A stretch of DNA of 64,000 nucleotides, taken from Blasia pusilla (lineage: Eukaryota). Where the stretch lies: the NCBI GenBank assembly GCA_050084515.1, contig CM114271.1, positions 12,090,001 to 12,154,000 of the forward strand. The letters are read 5' to 3'. The notes under the pieces were generated by a model, which saw only the letters and a program-made list of their open reading frames with translations, did no database searches and was not told the DNA's origin. The translations under genes were made by a program, and so were the position numbers. This document shows positions 1-11,980 of this stretch, one piece after another (position 1 is the stretch's first letter; the number at the start of each line of letters is the position of its first letter).

Positions 1-304
1 CAATTTTTGATCCCTAGATCTCACAACAGCTCTAACAAAGAGCTCGTAAATCGAAGGGCCCTTTCCCTTGGTTATGCCTTTTGTGAGGAAGATGTGGGAT
101 GCTGTAGATTGTAGCATTGCTCTTGCCTGGTCTTGTTGGCATGGCTCAACGAGAGATATTTTTTGACATGTTTGTGATGACCTCTAGGAGGAATGGACAC
201 TCTCGGCTCCACTTGTAGTGGGGCAGAGGGCATTTTCGTGAATGTTCAGTCCCTGCATAGGAAAACTTGTCAATTAATGGAAGGAACGCTTAAGTGTTCA
301 ATGC

Positions 305-945
305 TTGCAACCCATCGAAATTCGACGGGTTGCAAGAAGCATTGATTTGAAAATAACCAACGCGTCAATAAGAAATTATGAACAAAACTTGGACACGACC
401 GGGTGCCGAATACCAACCCGGGAGTGGTTCTGACGCATTGCAGCATGTAATTTGCAGGACAAGCAGCAAACCGTCGGATTTCGATGGGTTGCAAGTTGAA
501 CATTTTTGAAAAAAGCCGTTGGCAACCCGTCGAAAAGCGACTTTTCTCTGCCAATGTTTTTGCAACTGTCGGAATCCGATGAGTTGCAAGATAAATTTTT
601 CTGGCAAAAAATAACTTGCAACCAGTCGGAATTCGACGGGTTGCAAGATGAATTAATTTTGCAAAAAAATAACTTATAACCCGTTATATTTCTACGAGTT
701 GCAAGTTGAACTTATTTCGCACAAAAATTATTCGCAACCCGACGGGTTGCAAGATGAACTTATTTCACAATAAAGTTATTTGTGACCCGTCGGATTCCAA
801 CGGGTTGCAACATGAACTTTTTTCGCAAAAAAGTAGCTCACAACCCGTCGGATTTGGACAGTCCGCACTGTGATGCAACCCGTCGGTCCCGACGGATTGC
901 TTTACCTACCTATTTTTCAAACCATACGATTCTGATGGATTGCAA
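305..945. repeat. Array of degenerate palindromic ~30-bp motifs (TTGCAACCCGTCG-AATT-CGACGGGTTGCAA) separated by AT-rich spacers; probably transposon subterminal repeats
   Basis: Motif or half-motif recurs at about 305, 470, 520, 560, 616, 678, 735, 785, 840 and 875; lies next to the 3' end of the MULE remnant. Confidence 0.7.
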
Positions 946-1189
946 CTTGACACTTGGACCACATACTTGGGAAAAATGGAGAAAACTCACTTGCCGCATA
1001 AAGTTTCCCCATTGCCTCATACGGACGGTCCGCCAACCCATGAACACAACTCTTTGTATTTCCCCTCAATCACATGTTTTCTCCACCACACATGAAGCTC
1101 TTCCTAACACTCCATCGCTTGTTTGAAGGTTTTTTAATCCTTGCAAGGTTGAAGTAGAGCTACATGCTTTGTTCTCTTAGTCTTCTTGA

Positions 1190-2300
1190 TGCAAGATTTT
1201 GTGTGTCGAGTCATGTACTATTGCCAATGGAAAGCATCAGATCTTTCCCTCCCCCCCCCACCCCCTCCCCCAAAAAACGCTTCCCTGATAGCAATCCATC
1301 CCGGTTGGGCATTTTCCACCATGAAGCCATATATTTCAGGGGGAGGTCTTTCGTTTTCCTTCACCACCTCCAATAAGAGTAACCAACACATTTTCAAGCT
1401 GCCAACATCTTTCGCTTTCACCTCATAGACAAAGATGGTTTTGAGACCCTTCTCCACATGGTCATAAACGTGTGCACCCATGGTCAACCATCCATTTAAC
1501 ACCCTGTAGCAAATATCAAAGCTAACCCAGCTCCCAAATAGATCTTTTCCCTCCCTCCTTTTGTCAATAAGATCTAGACGGCCCTATAGTAGACATTTTG
1601 AAGACATAAGCTCTAGATCCCTTGCCTCCTTGGCCCATGAACTGCCATCTCAGAATGAATGGAAACCGTGAGTTGGCCTTGATCCTAGCAATGGCATCCA
1701 TCTTCGCGGTTTTTCCATCAAGTATTGGTATTTGATGCAATTAGTTCCTGAAGCTTTCAGGATCAGCCAAGAATGCAAGATTTTTCCACAATTGCTTCTC
1801 CTCAAATGCTGTGATCTCCCCTTGGCCAAGGATACCCAACAGTTGTTCACAAATTGGCGATGAAGTTGTCAATTTGATCATTCCGGGATTTGATCCAAGA
1901 GAATTTGTGTACACCTCGGCCACTTTTTTTTCCACATCCTCCTTGATGTGTCTTTGAATTGCACCCGTGATAGGATGAGTGTGAGACCCAACACGAATTT
2001 CCAGCCATGTATACTCGGACGTAGAATTGTAGTTGTGCACTATGAAAAAAAAAAAAAAGTCGGACACGCTCTAACACAAAAAGGGGAGGCTTGACAATGC
2101 AGACATCGATGGCCACCTGAGAGTATGGTCGTGCCCATGGCATAAGGAGTTTCTGCATTTTCAAGGGGAATTGTGACGTATTCACGCTCTGTTCCTCTCG
2201 AAGAAGGGGCATCTTGGACTTCTGCACTCTAAGGCTCCAACACATTGGCGACGAGACACAATCTAAGGATCACTTGGGATTGAAGCGCTTGTCTGCTGCA
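1190..2300 (-). pseudogene. Degenerate Mutator-like (MULE) DDE transposase
   Basis: Fragments GWLTMGAHVYD...GFMVENAQPGWIAIREAF...RERSDAFHW resemble the MULE core (FMxD...W.AI...CxFH.) as I recall it; a Cys-rich fragment lies upstream; frameshifts and stops. Confidence 0.6.
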
Positions 2301-3149
2301 GTCTACACCATCGGTGACAGTCCGATTTTTTGTCCATACCCTTCAAGCGGCCTCCATCTTTCTTTTGAGCACCATTGACAAGTGGAGGAAGCTCAAAAAT
2401 GCAGTTTCCATGACTGTCATGAAAGTCATCGGCTATGCCCAGTGGTCAAAGTTTACTTTGAGCGGATTTCAAGTGTTCTGTTGTGGAAAATCCCATCTGA
2501 TGGATATGTATTGATCGGATGGGATTTTCATGCCTTGATGCATCAAGAGCCCTCTTACCCAAGACGGTGAGGGTGGGAGTCCTACATCAACAGTCCATAA
2601 GTAAAACCCTCAAGGGCACCGTAGTCTATTGTCTTCATATTCAATCTTTATTAGCACCTATCATTGTTATGAAATTTTTTGTACCGATGAAATTCTCCCT
2701 AGATGGTCCTCCAACAATTATGCCCTTCCTCTGGGTGGCTTACTCTATAGCCGGCTTAGACTAGCAATGTGAACAAATTTTGGCTCACATAGAGAGTGAT
2801 GGAAGCATGTTTGAAGTGGTCTTCTTATGTCTACTTGTTTTTCCAAGGGTGGAAAAACAAGGTTAGTTTAAGCCCCAATCTGGTCCACTTGCTACTCTCT
2901 TCTAAAGATTTTTTGCGTTTGAAAGCAAAAAAAAATACAGTAATGTCAACAACAAGTTTTGAAGAGAAGAGGCGGATTCTACCTCTTTTTTTTTTTTTTC
3001 TTTAACTTCAAACTAAGAGAGGAAGAGAGATTCTCCTCTCTTCCTCTCTTAGTTTAAGTTAATATTTCAGCAATATATGTTGAGCTCCAAAGATTTAAAG
3101 TGACATATGTGTTTACAAGTGTATCGATTGATTCTATACTAGTTATAAC

Positions 3150-5300
3150 ACCACGTAGAAGACACTCATGGAGATATGACTAGCAGGCCGAGTTCAAGGA
3201 AATGAGGTCCTTATCTGACCTGAATGGTACATGGTGAAGAAGTTGATTGTAAAAGAACTCATTCCACTGGTGAAGTGGGTGGAATTCCGTAAAACGAACA
3301 AGTGTAGAGGTCTTGTAAAGAAATTTTCCCAACAAATCAACTCCCACGGTTCCTGTAGGAGCCGCTTGTTTAGCATTTCTTTCAGCAGTATAGTGGGTTC
3401 AATAATGTATAAATGTCATAGATTCTAAAGATTATGGTCTATTACAATAGGATGAATGCATGGTATTGATGCATTTTTATACAAGATAGTCCGTCGTGTT
3501 GGTGGATTAGACTTTAAGTCTTCATTGATTGGGATTTGAATATGATGGGAATCTGCAAGGACATTAGAGAAGCCTCTGTAGATGATATAGAACGATTCAA
3601 CATGACTCCAGATACGAGTTCAAGCTTAACCTCACCTAAACTATCTAGTCCTAGACAATGGAAGTCTCTTTGTCAATATCCAAAAATCCTGTAGGTTTTG
3701 ATTTTAGTGCATATTTTACTAGGTAGAAGGACCAGTCAGTATTTGTAATGTTGGAGATTCATGTGTGCCCCCCATAGTTGGAGAACAATGGGGTGGTATG
3801 GGATCACATTTCTATGCTCAAGAGATGGCCTGAAGTATGTCCATCTCTTGGTTTGAGCATGAATGAAAGGGAATTGTTGGATACTTATGCCATGTGGAAA
3901 GCCAAGCCTGCAATATAGATATTGGGTTTTATTCCTAACAATACATACTCCTTCCTTGCATTTGTGGAGTTGCTTTTTTGTGACGTAGGTGTGGAGTAAA
4001 GTATTAGTGTCCAATGTAGAGCTTCTGCTGCCAATGGACATTTGCTATGTAGATGTAGTGGGTATATAGGCACAAATTTTTGCTGTGACACGTTGAATAT
4101 CTTTAGCATTTACCTAGAATATCATGTGAAAGTGAAGGCTTTCTCTTCCCCTGAATCTCATATCTGAGGACGTAATTGAAAATTCTACCAAGTATTTGTG
4201 GCCCAGCGAAAATGAATTGAGATAGGAATGTATGAAGTTGAGTGTGGAATAGTTGTGCACATTCAGCTAGTCCATCACGCCAAGTAAAGTTAGGGTTGAA
4301 TGTATGTAAGATCATTTCTATTGCATCTACCTGTGGCCACTTTGTTGGGGAGACTTCACTAGATGTGAGTGTTAAGAAAAAGTGAGGCATGCCCCACTTT
4401 GGACCATGGCTTTAATGTCTTTCATGTGTCTCCTATGCCATCCTGGTGTACCGGCAACTTGGGGAATCAGAGAATGCCTAGATAAGTGGCGATACAAGTC
4501 TTCTTCAAGAAAATCTGGTTTGTCTTTTCTCAACTTATCTAGATCCTTGTTGAGTATGAATGACTGAGAGGATGAACATAACAAAATGGACTATTTTATC
4601 TCATGCATGACGAGTGGGTATGGTTTGTACACGGAAAATGGGCTAAAGAGTTGTTTCGAACTTTGTCTCGTATAGGCTGAAAATGATATTGAACCACGAA
4701 AGTAACCTGAAAGAAAAGGAAAAAAAACCTATTTCAATTGTGAGCCTACTATCCAAGGAGTTCCTAGATGAGTCACTTAAGAATGATTCTCTAGAAAAAT
4801 GCATGTCTCCTAAGGAATATACTCCCATTGTTGAAGATATCATATGAATAGCGACGCTGAACATGAAGAGAATATGTTACATCTTGCAACACATTGAGTT
4901 CTGGATGATAGGGGTTGAAGGACATGCTATAAGTTGCCTCACCTTTCTCTTAGCTTTTTTTGAGAATTGACGAGACAAAGTTACTTGGAAGTATTACAAA
5001 ACCAATAGATGGGTTGGGATGTTCCAACAAGCATTTGTAGTCTTGTATAAATCATTTACAACTAAGTTAGTTGCAAGCACATTGCTGGCTCTGTCTTGAA
5101 TAGAGTTTATAGTGGGTTGAGTTGGTAAACTCATATTCCAGGCTACAAGAGGAGAGTCTATTAGAGAGACTGGACGGAAGAAACCTTTGTGAGATCCATT
5201 ATATTTTTGTAAAATGCCAATCCGGGAATCGACAATTGAGAGAAGCTGAAGCTGCAAGGGATTAGATGTTAGGATTTCTCTGATATACGCTGGTGTCATA
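3150..5300 (-). pseudogene. Degenerate Helitron Rep (HUH endonuclease) region; no helicase domain visible
   Basis: GTPGWHRRHMKDIKAMV / MPHFFLTLT (Helitron_like_N), YVLRYEIQG(RG..H.H), NVIPYHPIVLQLWGAHMNLQ, FYLVKYALK (catalytic Tyr motif, ~3700), EFFYNQLLHHVPFR. Confidence 0.8.
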
Positions 5301-7689
5301 TAGACATTCTAGAGGGTACGTGGTTTAGAAGTAGTACATAGATCACAAATAGAACTCGGTAGGAATTGGTATAATGTAGTCTTTGAGAAATCCATTACAT
5401 AGAGCATATGGTGGATATTTCTGGGACTTTACTATGCACATCCCACCGCGGGGATTGCAATAGAGTACAGAGCCAAAATATCCACAACACTACGTCTTCT
5501 CTATACAAAAGGTTACAAATGGACCTCCACTTTGACAAAAATGTACTAGTCAGAGGCCAGTGGTAACTGACTGGCTTGCAAAGTAGTTTTTGTTTACATA
5601 TGTTCAGGGGCGGGCTTGTGATCTACAGATCTGCAATCGGCGTTTGTGGAGAATAGAGGACTTGCGAGTTGTTGGTATTCTCTTGACAGCGTTCCTGAGT
5701 TTAGACCTTGAAATAGCAGACCTCGTAGACTTCCTTGTATGATTAGGCATGATGTTCGAGTAGTGTGCACTCAGGCAAAATTGAGTGAACAGTCTACGGG
5801 ATATACTACCGTTGTGGTCAAAGTAGAACAGAAAGTTTGCTAGGAGCTAAGTAACAAAAATCAAATTGCAAAACTCAAAACCTTAAACCCCATCATCAAG
5901 TCTATCCTGGTGCTTGAACAAATAATTCTCACTTGCTCATTGCTTCACACTAAAAGATTGTTTCTAACATCAGTTGGGGTTTGTTTTGGTCCGAGTACTG
6001 TCCCTAAACTAAGTGTCTTAGAGAAATATTTCTCTCAGTATCAGAAGGCTTAGTGTTGGGTTTGTTGGAGTATGGAGGAGGAGCAACGGCTGTATGATTG
6101 GTGGAAGCGTGGTCGGGGCATTTGGTCGGGTGAATGTTATTATATGATTATGTAAAATTGGCTAATGAACGTTAGGGCGGTTTGTGTGGATACCCAACTG
6201 GTAGTGTTTGCTGAATATTACAGTCTTAAGAGACTTAGGGAAGTCTGTGAAAGAGTCGGTGTGTAGCTTCTTATATCTCAGGTATCTTGGATGGTGTCTT
6301 CCTTGGAAAATATTCAAGCCACACAACTGTGGATACGCAGCAGAGTGTGACAATCTCAGTGTAGTGAGTCGTTCAAATATTTCTGAGGAAAAACGCAGGC
6401 TGTATCCTAAAATGGGATAGTGTGAATTGGAATGACAAACACCGGGTCGCACTCTGCTTAGTCCCGAGTTTGTTGAATGTAGGGGAGTCACTTTACTGAG
6501 AACCATAGGAGTACGACAGAGTCGGGAGTAATGGATCGCAAATAGGCTGTGGCAGGTTAACAGCGTAGCTCGGGAAGTAGTACGTTGTAGACATTAGATT
6601 TGAGAAGGAGGTGCCGGAAGCCAAGGTAGTGTCAGAATAACCGGATTCTCAGTTTCTGTATGAGTAGGGCATGGACGTATAGAAACGGGAGTTAATGGAG
6701 ATCAGAGAGAGTATCCCGTGTGGAAACAGAATGTGGTAATTGGGTGGATTCGGAGGCTGACTCACTTCAAATTTTGAAAGAAATGAGAGGAGATCATAGA
6801 ATGGACGCGCGGAGGTGGCGGCGGAGTATAGTGGATGTCACCGTCATAGAGAGGAAAGCTACAGGATTCACTGATATAAACTTGATAAAAGATTAAAACA
6901 GTAGCAAGAATCTAAACTCGCGAAGGTAAGTGTATTCACTAGTGAAGGCGGAGAGCAGGATCGAGTTCGCCAAGTTGTGGGGTAAGCTGAAGTCGGTACC
7001 TGCGTTTGAGATAAGATTAGTGACACACCATGAGCAAAATCTTGTGAAAAATCAAGTAGAGCTTAGAGATGTAGAGATCCTACTCACCGCCAAGGGTACG
7101 AACTACAGTGCACGAAGCGTTTGATCGATGGAAAAGCCCTGTCGAATGTCGGGTGTGACAGCAAACACGATGAGGCCGAAACTACAACGCGACCTCACTA
7201 AGCAATCATTCCTACAAGCAAAGAAATGCTGAAGACTTTCGAAGGGCAACAAAGGACTTGATCGAAAAAGTATCCTATTAATAGTGAGGTGTAACAGCAA
7301 AGACCATGAAGTAAAAGTGCATCCGTTTAGTTATCATTCGCTCACAAAGGCAAAGAATTGCTGAGTGCGTTTCGAGAGGCTATGAAAAAAGAGAGCTGTG
7401 TACAACGGAAGGAGGAAGAAGGAGCGGATGAGTCACGAGCGGATGAAGTTTCACGGATATAGATATACATTGTACCAGTATGGCCGAGGTGGTCGTAGTT
7501 TATGACAACGACAATACATAGGAGTCGTGAGAGCAAATCTGGCCCTTAGCAAAAATTGATCCATTCTTTCTTCATGAAATAACGCTGTCGATTCAGCGGT
7601 TTAAGGTATAGGTCGATCAAAATTGATATACGTTAGAGGCATACGAGGTAGATAACCATTCACTCCCGATGAATCACTCTTGAGAATTG

Positions 7690-8010
7690 TCAGAGATGCT
7701 CACAGCCGCCGATAAGTAGGAAGCACCCAAGGAAAGTAGGAAGCACGAAGCAAATCAAACTTTGTAGCGGAACGCAGCCTCCACTCCGAGATAATAACTC
7801 AAGTATGGTCAGGTTACACGAGACACGATTGGATCGGATGTAAGCTCCGTCGCATCGGACGATTACAAATACGTGAGTCATGGCTGGGCGCCACGTGGAT
7901 ATATGCAGCGAGCTCAAAAGGAAAACGTAGATTGATGTGGAAGAGGGATCATGAGCCACTCCCACATGTAGAGGCCGTAACTAAAAGACCAAACTAACGC
8001 CAATATTATA
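7690..8010. repeat. Dispersed repeat, diverged copy at ~23910-24215 in the same orientation
   Basis: Shared blocks gctcacagccgccgat, ggaacgcagcctccactc, gggcgccacgtgga, ccactcccacatgta, agaccaaactaacgc. Confidence 0.75.
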
Positions 8011-9100
8011 GTGAGAATTTAAGTAAACAAGTGTGCGGCCACAGTGGGCCACTTACAAACGGATAGAAATAGTTGGTTTGGATAAATTATTGAATGAAGA
8101 GTTGATTGAATAGGTTAAAAAATGGAGGTATTGATGACTTACGTTAAAATACAAATTTGGATGGGTTGTATTTAGTGGGTAATTATGATATAGATAGTAA
8201 GGGTTAAAGTTATCCGGTAAAGAAGTGATTAAAATAGTTTGAAAACAAGTGGAAATGTGAATTGAGTGATTGACTTATAATATCATATTAAGGAATTCTT
8301 AAGGTTTTATTTGTACAAGTAAACCTTGGAAGGGGTGTGATGTGAATTTGGAAAATATGAAAATTGTGAGGGCACATGAATCTTTTTTGCATAGAAGTAG
8401 TATATGTGTGACATTTTAAATTTTGTATCATGTAATGAAAGGAGTGAGTATAGAAGAAGACTTGTAAAGTAAATGGAGAAAGTGGGTGACAGAGCCGTGT
8501 GAAAACATGGTAGTAGTGTATGTGGAAGGTGTAAAGTACCAACAGAGATAGCAATTAAATTTAGAGTTTAGTGGACCCGAAAGTGAACATTAAGGAACTT
8601 ATATAAACTTCAGAGTTTAGAGTGGAGGCATTGACATTATAATGTGGAAACAGTAGTTATAAGACTGCATAGTAGCTTTGTAAATTGGACAGCATAGTTG
8701 AAAGCAGCAAGAACATAAGGAAATAAATGATGATGACCATTCAATGAGGAAGTAAATAAAATCAGTAGTGAGTGTAGCAGATATAAAACTCATTGGAGAC
8801 ATTGAATGGAAATCTTGCTGAAAAAAGTACAGCAGACGTTAAGATAATGGACAAAGCCATGTATAATATGTGTACATTGTGCAAAGGTGATTGTAGTAAC
8901 TAGTGAGTTATAGGCTGACAGCAAACTTGAAAATTGTTGAAACCATGTATGTGTATGATGTATGGAAAGCAGAAACAGGATCTGATGGGCAGGGTAGCTA
9001 TCACATCAAATGAACTTGCGCAATAAAGACTGAATAAGTAGTGCCTCAAGTTGCAACTTTGGATTGCCCTCTACAAGATCTGAAGTGCATTTGAGAAATT

Positions 9101-9981
9101 TGTCGTGCGCATACACATCGCTACACAACAAACATCGCTGTCACCGAACACACACACAAACACGCATGATCCCATGCTAACTCATGACATCCAAACAACA
9201 AGACAAGAAGTACCAAAATATCTCCAATAAAATAAGATCGAATCTCGCTCACAACACCATAGTTCTCACATGTATGCACTCTCACATGTCTCTCTCAATG
9301 TCAAACCAAACCCACTCTCCTAATGAGAGGCTTGGGTTACACACACAAGGAAAGCAACAACAGAGCTCCGCCGCCTCATGCCAAGAGGTTCAACAAAGAG
9401 AGAATGAGCTCTCAAGCCCACTCTCCTAATGAGAGGCTTGGGTTACACACACAAGGAAAGCAACAACATAGCTCCGCCGCCTCATGCCAAGAGGTTCAAC
9501 AAAGAGAGAATGAGCTCTCAAGCTCTCTCTCCTTGAGGTATACCCCTCCCCTCTCCCAAGCTCTCTCCATGGTAACCTATGCTCCCAAGTCACCTCCTTG
9601 GCTCTTAACCTGATGTAGGAGGTCAAGGGCTACTTACCAAAAATAGAAATTGGATCATATACTCAAAATGGTACTTGCCTAAAATAGTAAGTTCCTCAAT
9701 ATGGCTCCAAATGAGCCGAAACGAAGGAAAAACCTGCTCTCTCAGGTTTTCCGGGGCCTCAACAAGTCATCCTCGACCTATTGAGTCTATCCTCCACTAC
9801 TCACGAAGGCCCTCTACTAGATCTCACCGATCTATCGTAAAAGAGGTGACAGCTGTCGTGCGTATACACATCGCTATAAAACATACATCGTTGTCACCGA
9901 ACACACACACAAACACGCACGATCCCATGCTAACTCATGGCATCCAAACAACGGGACGAGAAGTACCAAAATATCTCCAAT
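9101..9981 (-). repeat. E1 3' terminal repeat block Y-gc-X-Y
   Basis: 128-bp Y at 9101-9228 and 9854-9981 flanking X (9229-9851); X is homologous to 23144-23658 and 15947-16461 and contains a ~106-bp tandem duplication (~9311-9525). Confidence 0.85.
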
Positions 9982-10160
9982 CGCCCCCCTAGTTGATGGT
10001 TAGGTCCTTTAACTCCAGATAGCCATCTATCCCTACCTACTATGGCATACATCTCTCGGACGCTAAGAGCAAGAAGGCCGGGTGCTCATGTGGCCCCATC
10101 GTTAGTCACCTTCTTGTTATCCATGTCACAGACACAAGTCGGAATATAGAACTACCTACT

Positions 10161-10763
10161 CTATGTACATCTGGGACACATCCATCGTCCCTGAGAAACT
10201 CTAGTGAGAGATGGCATCAAACATGCCATATGCCATCCTCTTGAATATCCATCACAGACTAGCACAGTGGCTGCACCATGGGCGGAACCACACAACATAC
10301 ACCGCAAGCCTGCTGGAACTATTGCTAAGCTCAGATCAACTGTACCGTCAATGTTTGGAAGATGACATGGTGCACAGTTACGCACATGGTCCTTCCAAAC
10401 CATACCATCGCGTCCCTCCAATACGAGAACACCGGATGACAAAACCTCACGCACTCTCAAGATAGTGCACCCTACAGTCACATCCAACGTCGTGGGTGCC
10501 GTCTGCTGTAAGTAGACATAGTCTCCCTGATGAAACCTACAGATAGTAGGTCGATAATTACCTCCCCGAATAGTCGTATACCTCAACGTATCCCGATGTT
10601 GCGCAATCGCCAAATTCTCAAACGCCATGGGCATTACTCTCCAAAATAACTCAGCCCTTTGAGAACATGCTCGCATCCATACATCAAGGTCATCAAGGTT
10701 CAACACCTCACCAACATCTCGACGAATGGCGATAGTTAAATCTGGCTCTCGGCCACAAAGCAA
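10161..10763 (-). pseudogene. E1 integrase C-terminus with PHD finger
   Basis: CMLCGSAHGAATVLVCDGYSRGWHMACL...GRWMCPRC fits the C4-H-C3 PHD pattern with one Cys lost. Confidence 0.85.
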
Positions 10764-10984
10764 AAATTATGGTGAGAAAGACGTTAAGGATGCCTGCCTG
10801 CTGAATCTGTATTCCATCACCAACCACGGCAATTGAAGGTCCCAATCTCCTAGGTAACCTCTCTACAAGCCATACTTACGTAGTCCTCTCTTCATCGTCT
10901 GCACAACCCGCTACGCTAGTCCATCCGCCTCAGGATGATCTCGCGAAGTAGTGCGGTGGTTGATTAGTTCCTGATCACACAAGG

Positions 10985-11980
10985 TGTCGTGCGCCTACTC
11001 TCCTTGAACGTTAGTCTTGTTGTTGCAGAAGCGTGCGTTCAATAGGTCACGCTCTCAACGCTGATCTGCATCCAAACACGCACTCTGGTTAGTCGGGTCT
11101 TGGATCAATCAGTGGGCTAACTTTCCGAGTTCTCGTCTTGGTCTCTCATCAAGCTCACCCTTCCTAGTTTTGCGATTTACAACACGAGCAAGTCTTGCAA
11201 GACTTGGGACATACTTTCTGGTCGGTTTCGCGCCTGGCCATTCCAACTTTTTGATGGACATCCAATGAGTCCCTAACCGAGACTCGCATGAAGTGAATCT
11301 CGGATTGGAATCCAAGTGTGGCGTACAAAGTCTACTCCCTTGGATCAAGTTTGGGTTTTGAGTTCCAACGCCAAACTCTCGTTCCATCCCGTGCCTCTGA
11401 GATGCCGTTTGGCGCTCAAAGTGGGGATTCGTGTTCCAAGACATCTTGGAGAGACTCCTCCCTCACTAGTACTTCTAGGGATCTCTTAGGTCCCCCTACC
11501 TTTAGGGAAAGACACCGGGGCCTCTCCAATTGGCCCTCAACCCGATTGCTCTCACAGTGGTTTTCGGCCAATATCTCAGTCTGTACTTCTGCGTTTGATG
11601 AGATCTTTGGTGCATTGGAAGCGTCTCAAGATAAGCTCTTACTTGTCTTGAACGTATCTTGGGACAAAACGTTATGGTCTGAAACACAGTTAATTCCCCA
11701 AACGCTAGTCGTGCTCCAAAATTGGTTCTCACCTCCTTGGCAACCAACCTTCCAAGACTCAACTCATTTCAAGTCTTGGTTCGCATTTGGTCTAGGTTTC
11801 CTGGTTGTGACCACTAACGCACGAAACACACAAATGTGTTCCGCGTTTTGTCTCTTGGAATTTTCCAAGAGACCTTTCCAAATGCCTCTCCAAAGCGCAA
11901 ACATCGCAGCGTGAGTCCACTTGGGTTATGATATTCCGCTTGGCGCCTATTTGGTGTTGTTTGTTATGAGGGTCGTGACA
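10985..11980 (-). mobile_element. Solo LTR of the chromovirus family at 54570-61899, inserted in the E1 integrase
   Basis: TG...CA ends; perfect 5-bp TSD CAAGG (10980-10984 and 11981-11985); homologous to 59335-61899. Confidence 0.92.

Noticed and set aside
305-945. CRISPR-like array
   Set aside because: Eukaryotic context, degenerate repeats, spacers related to each other, no cas genes
5400-9100. Host gene in the short ORFs of this interval
   Set aside because: No coherent exon chain or domain; probably decayed Helitron upstream sequence
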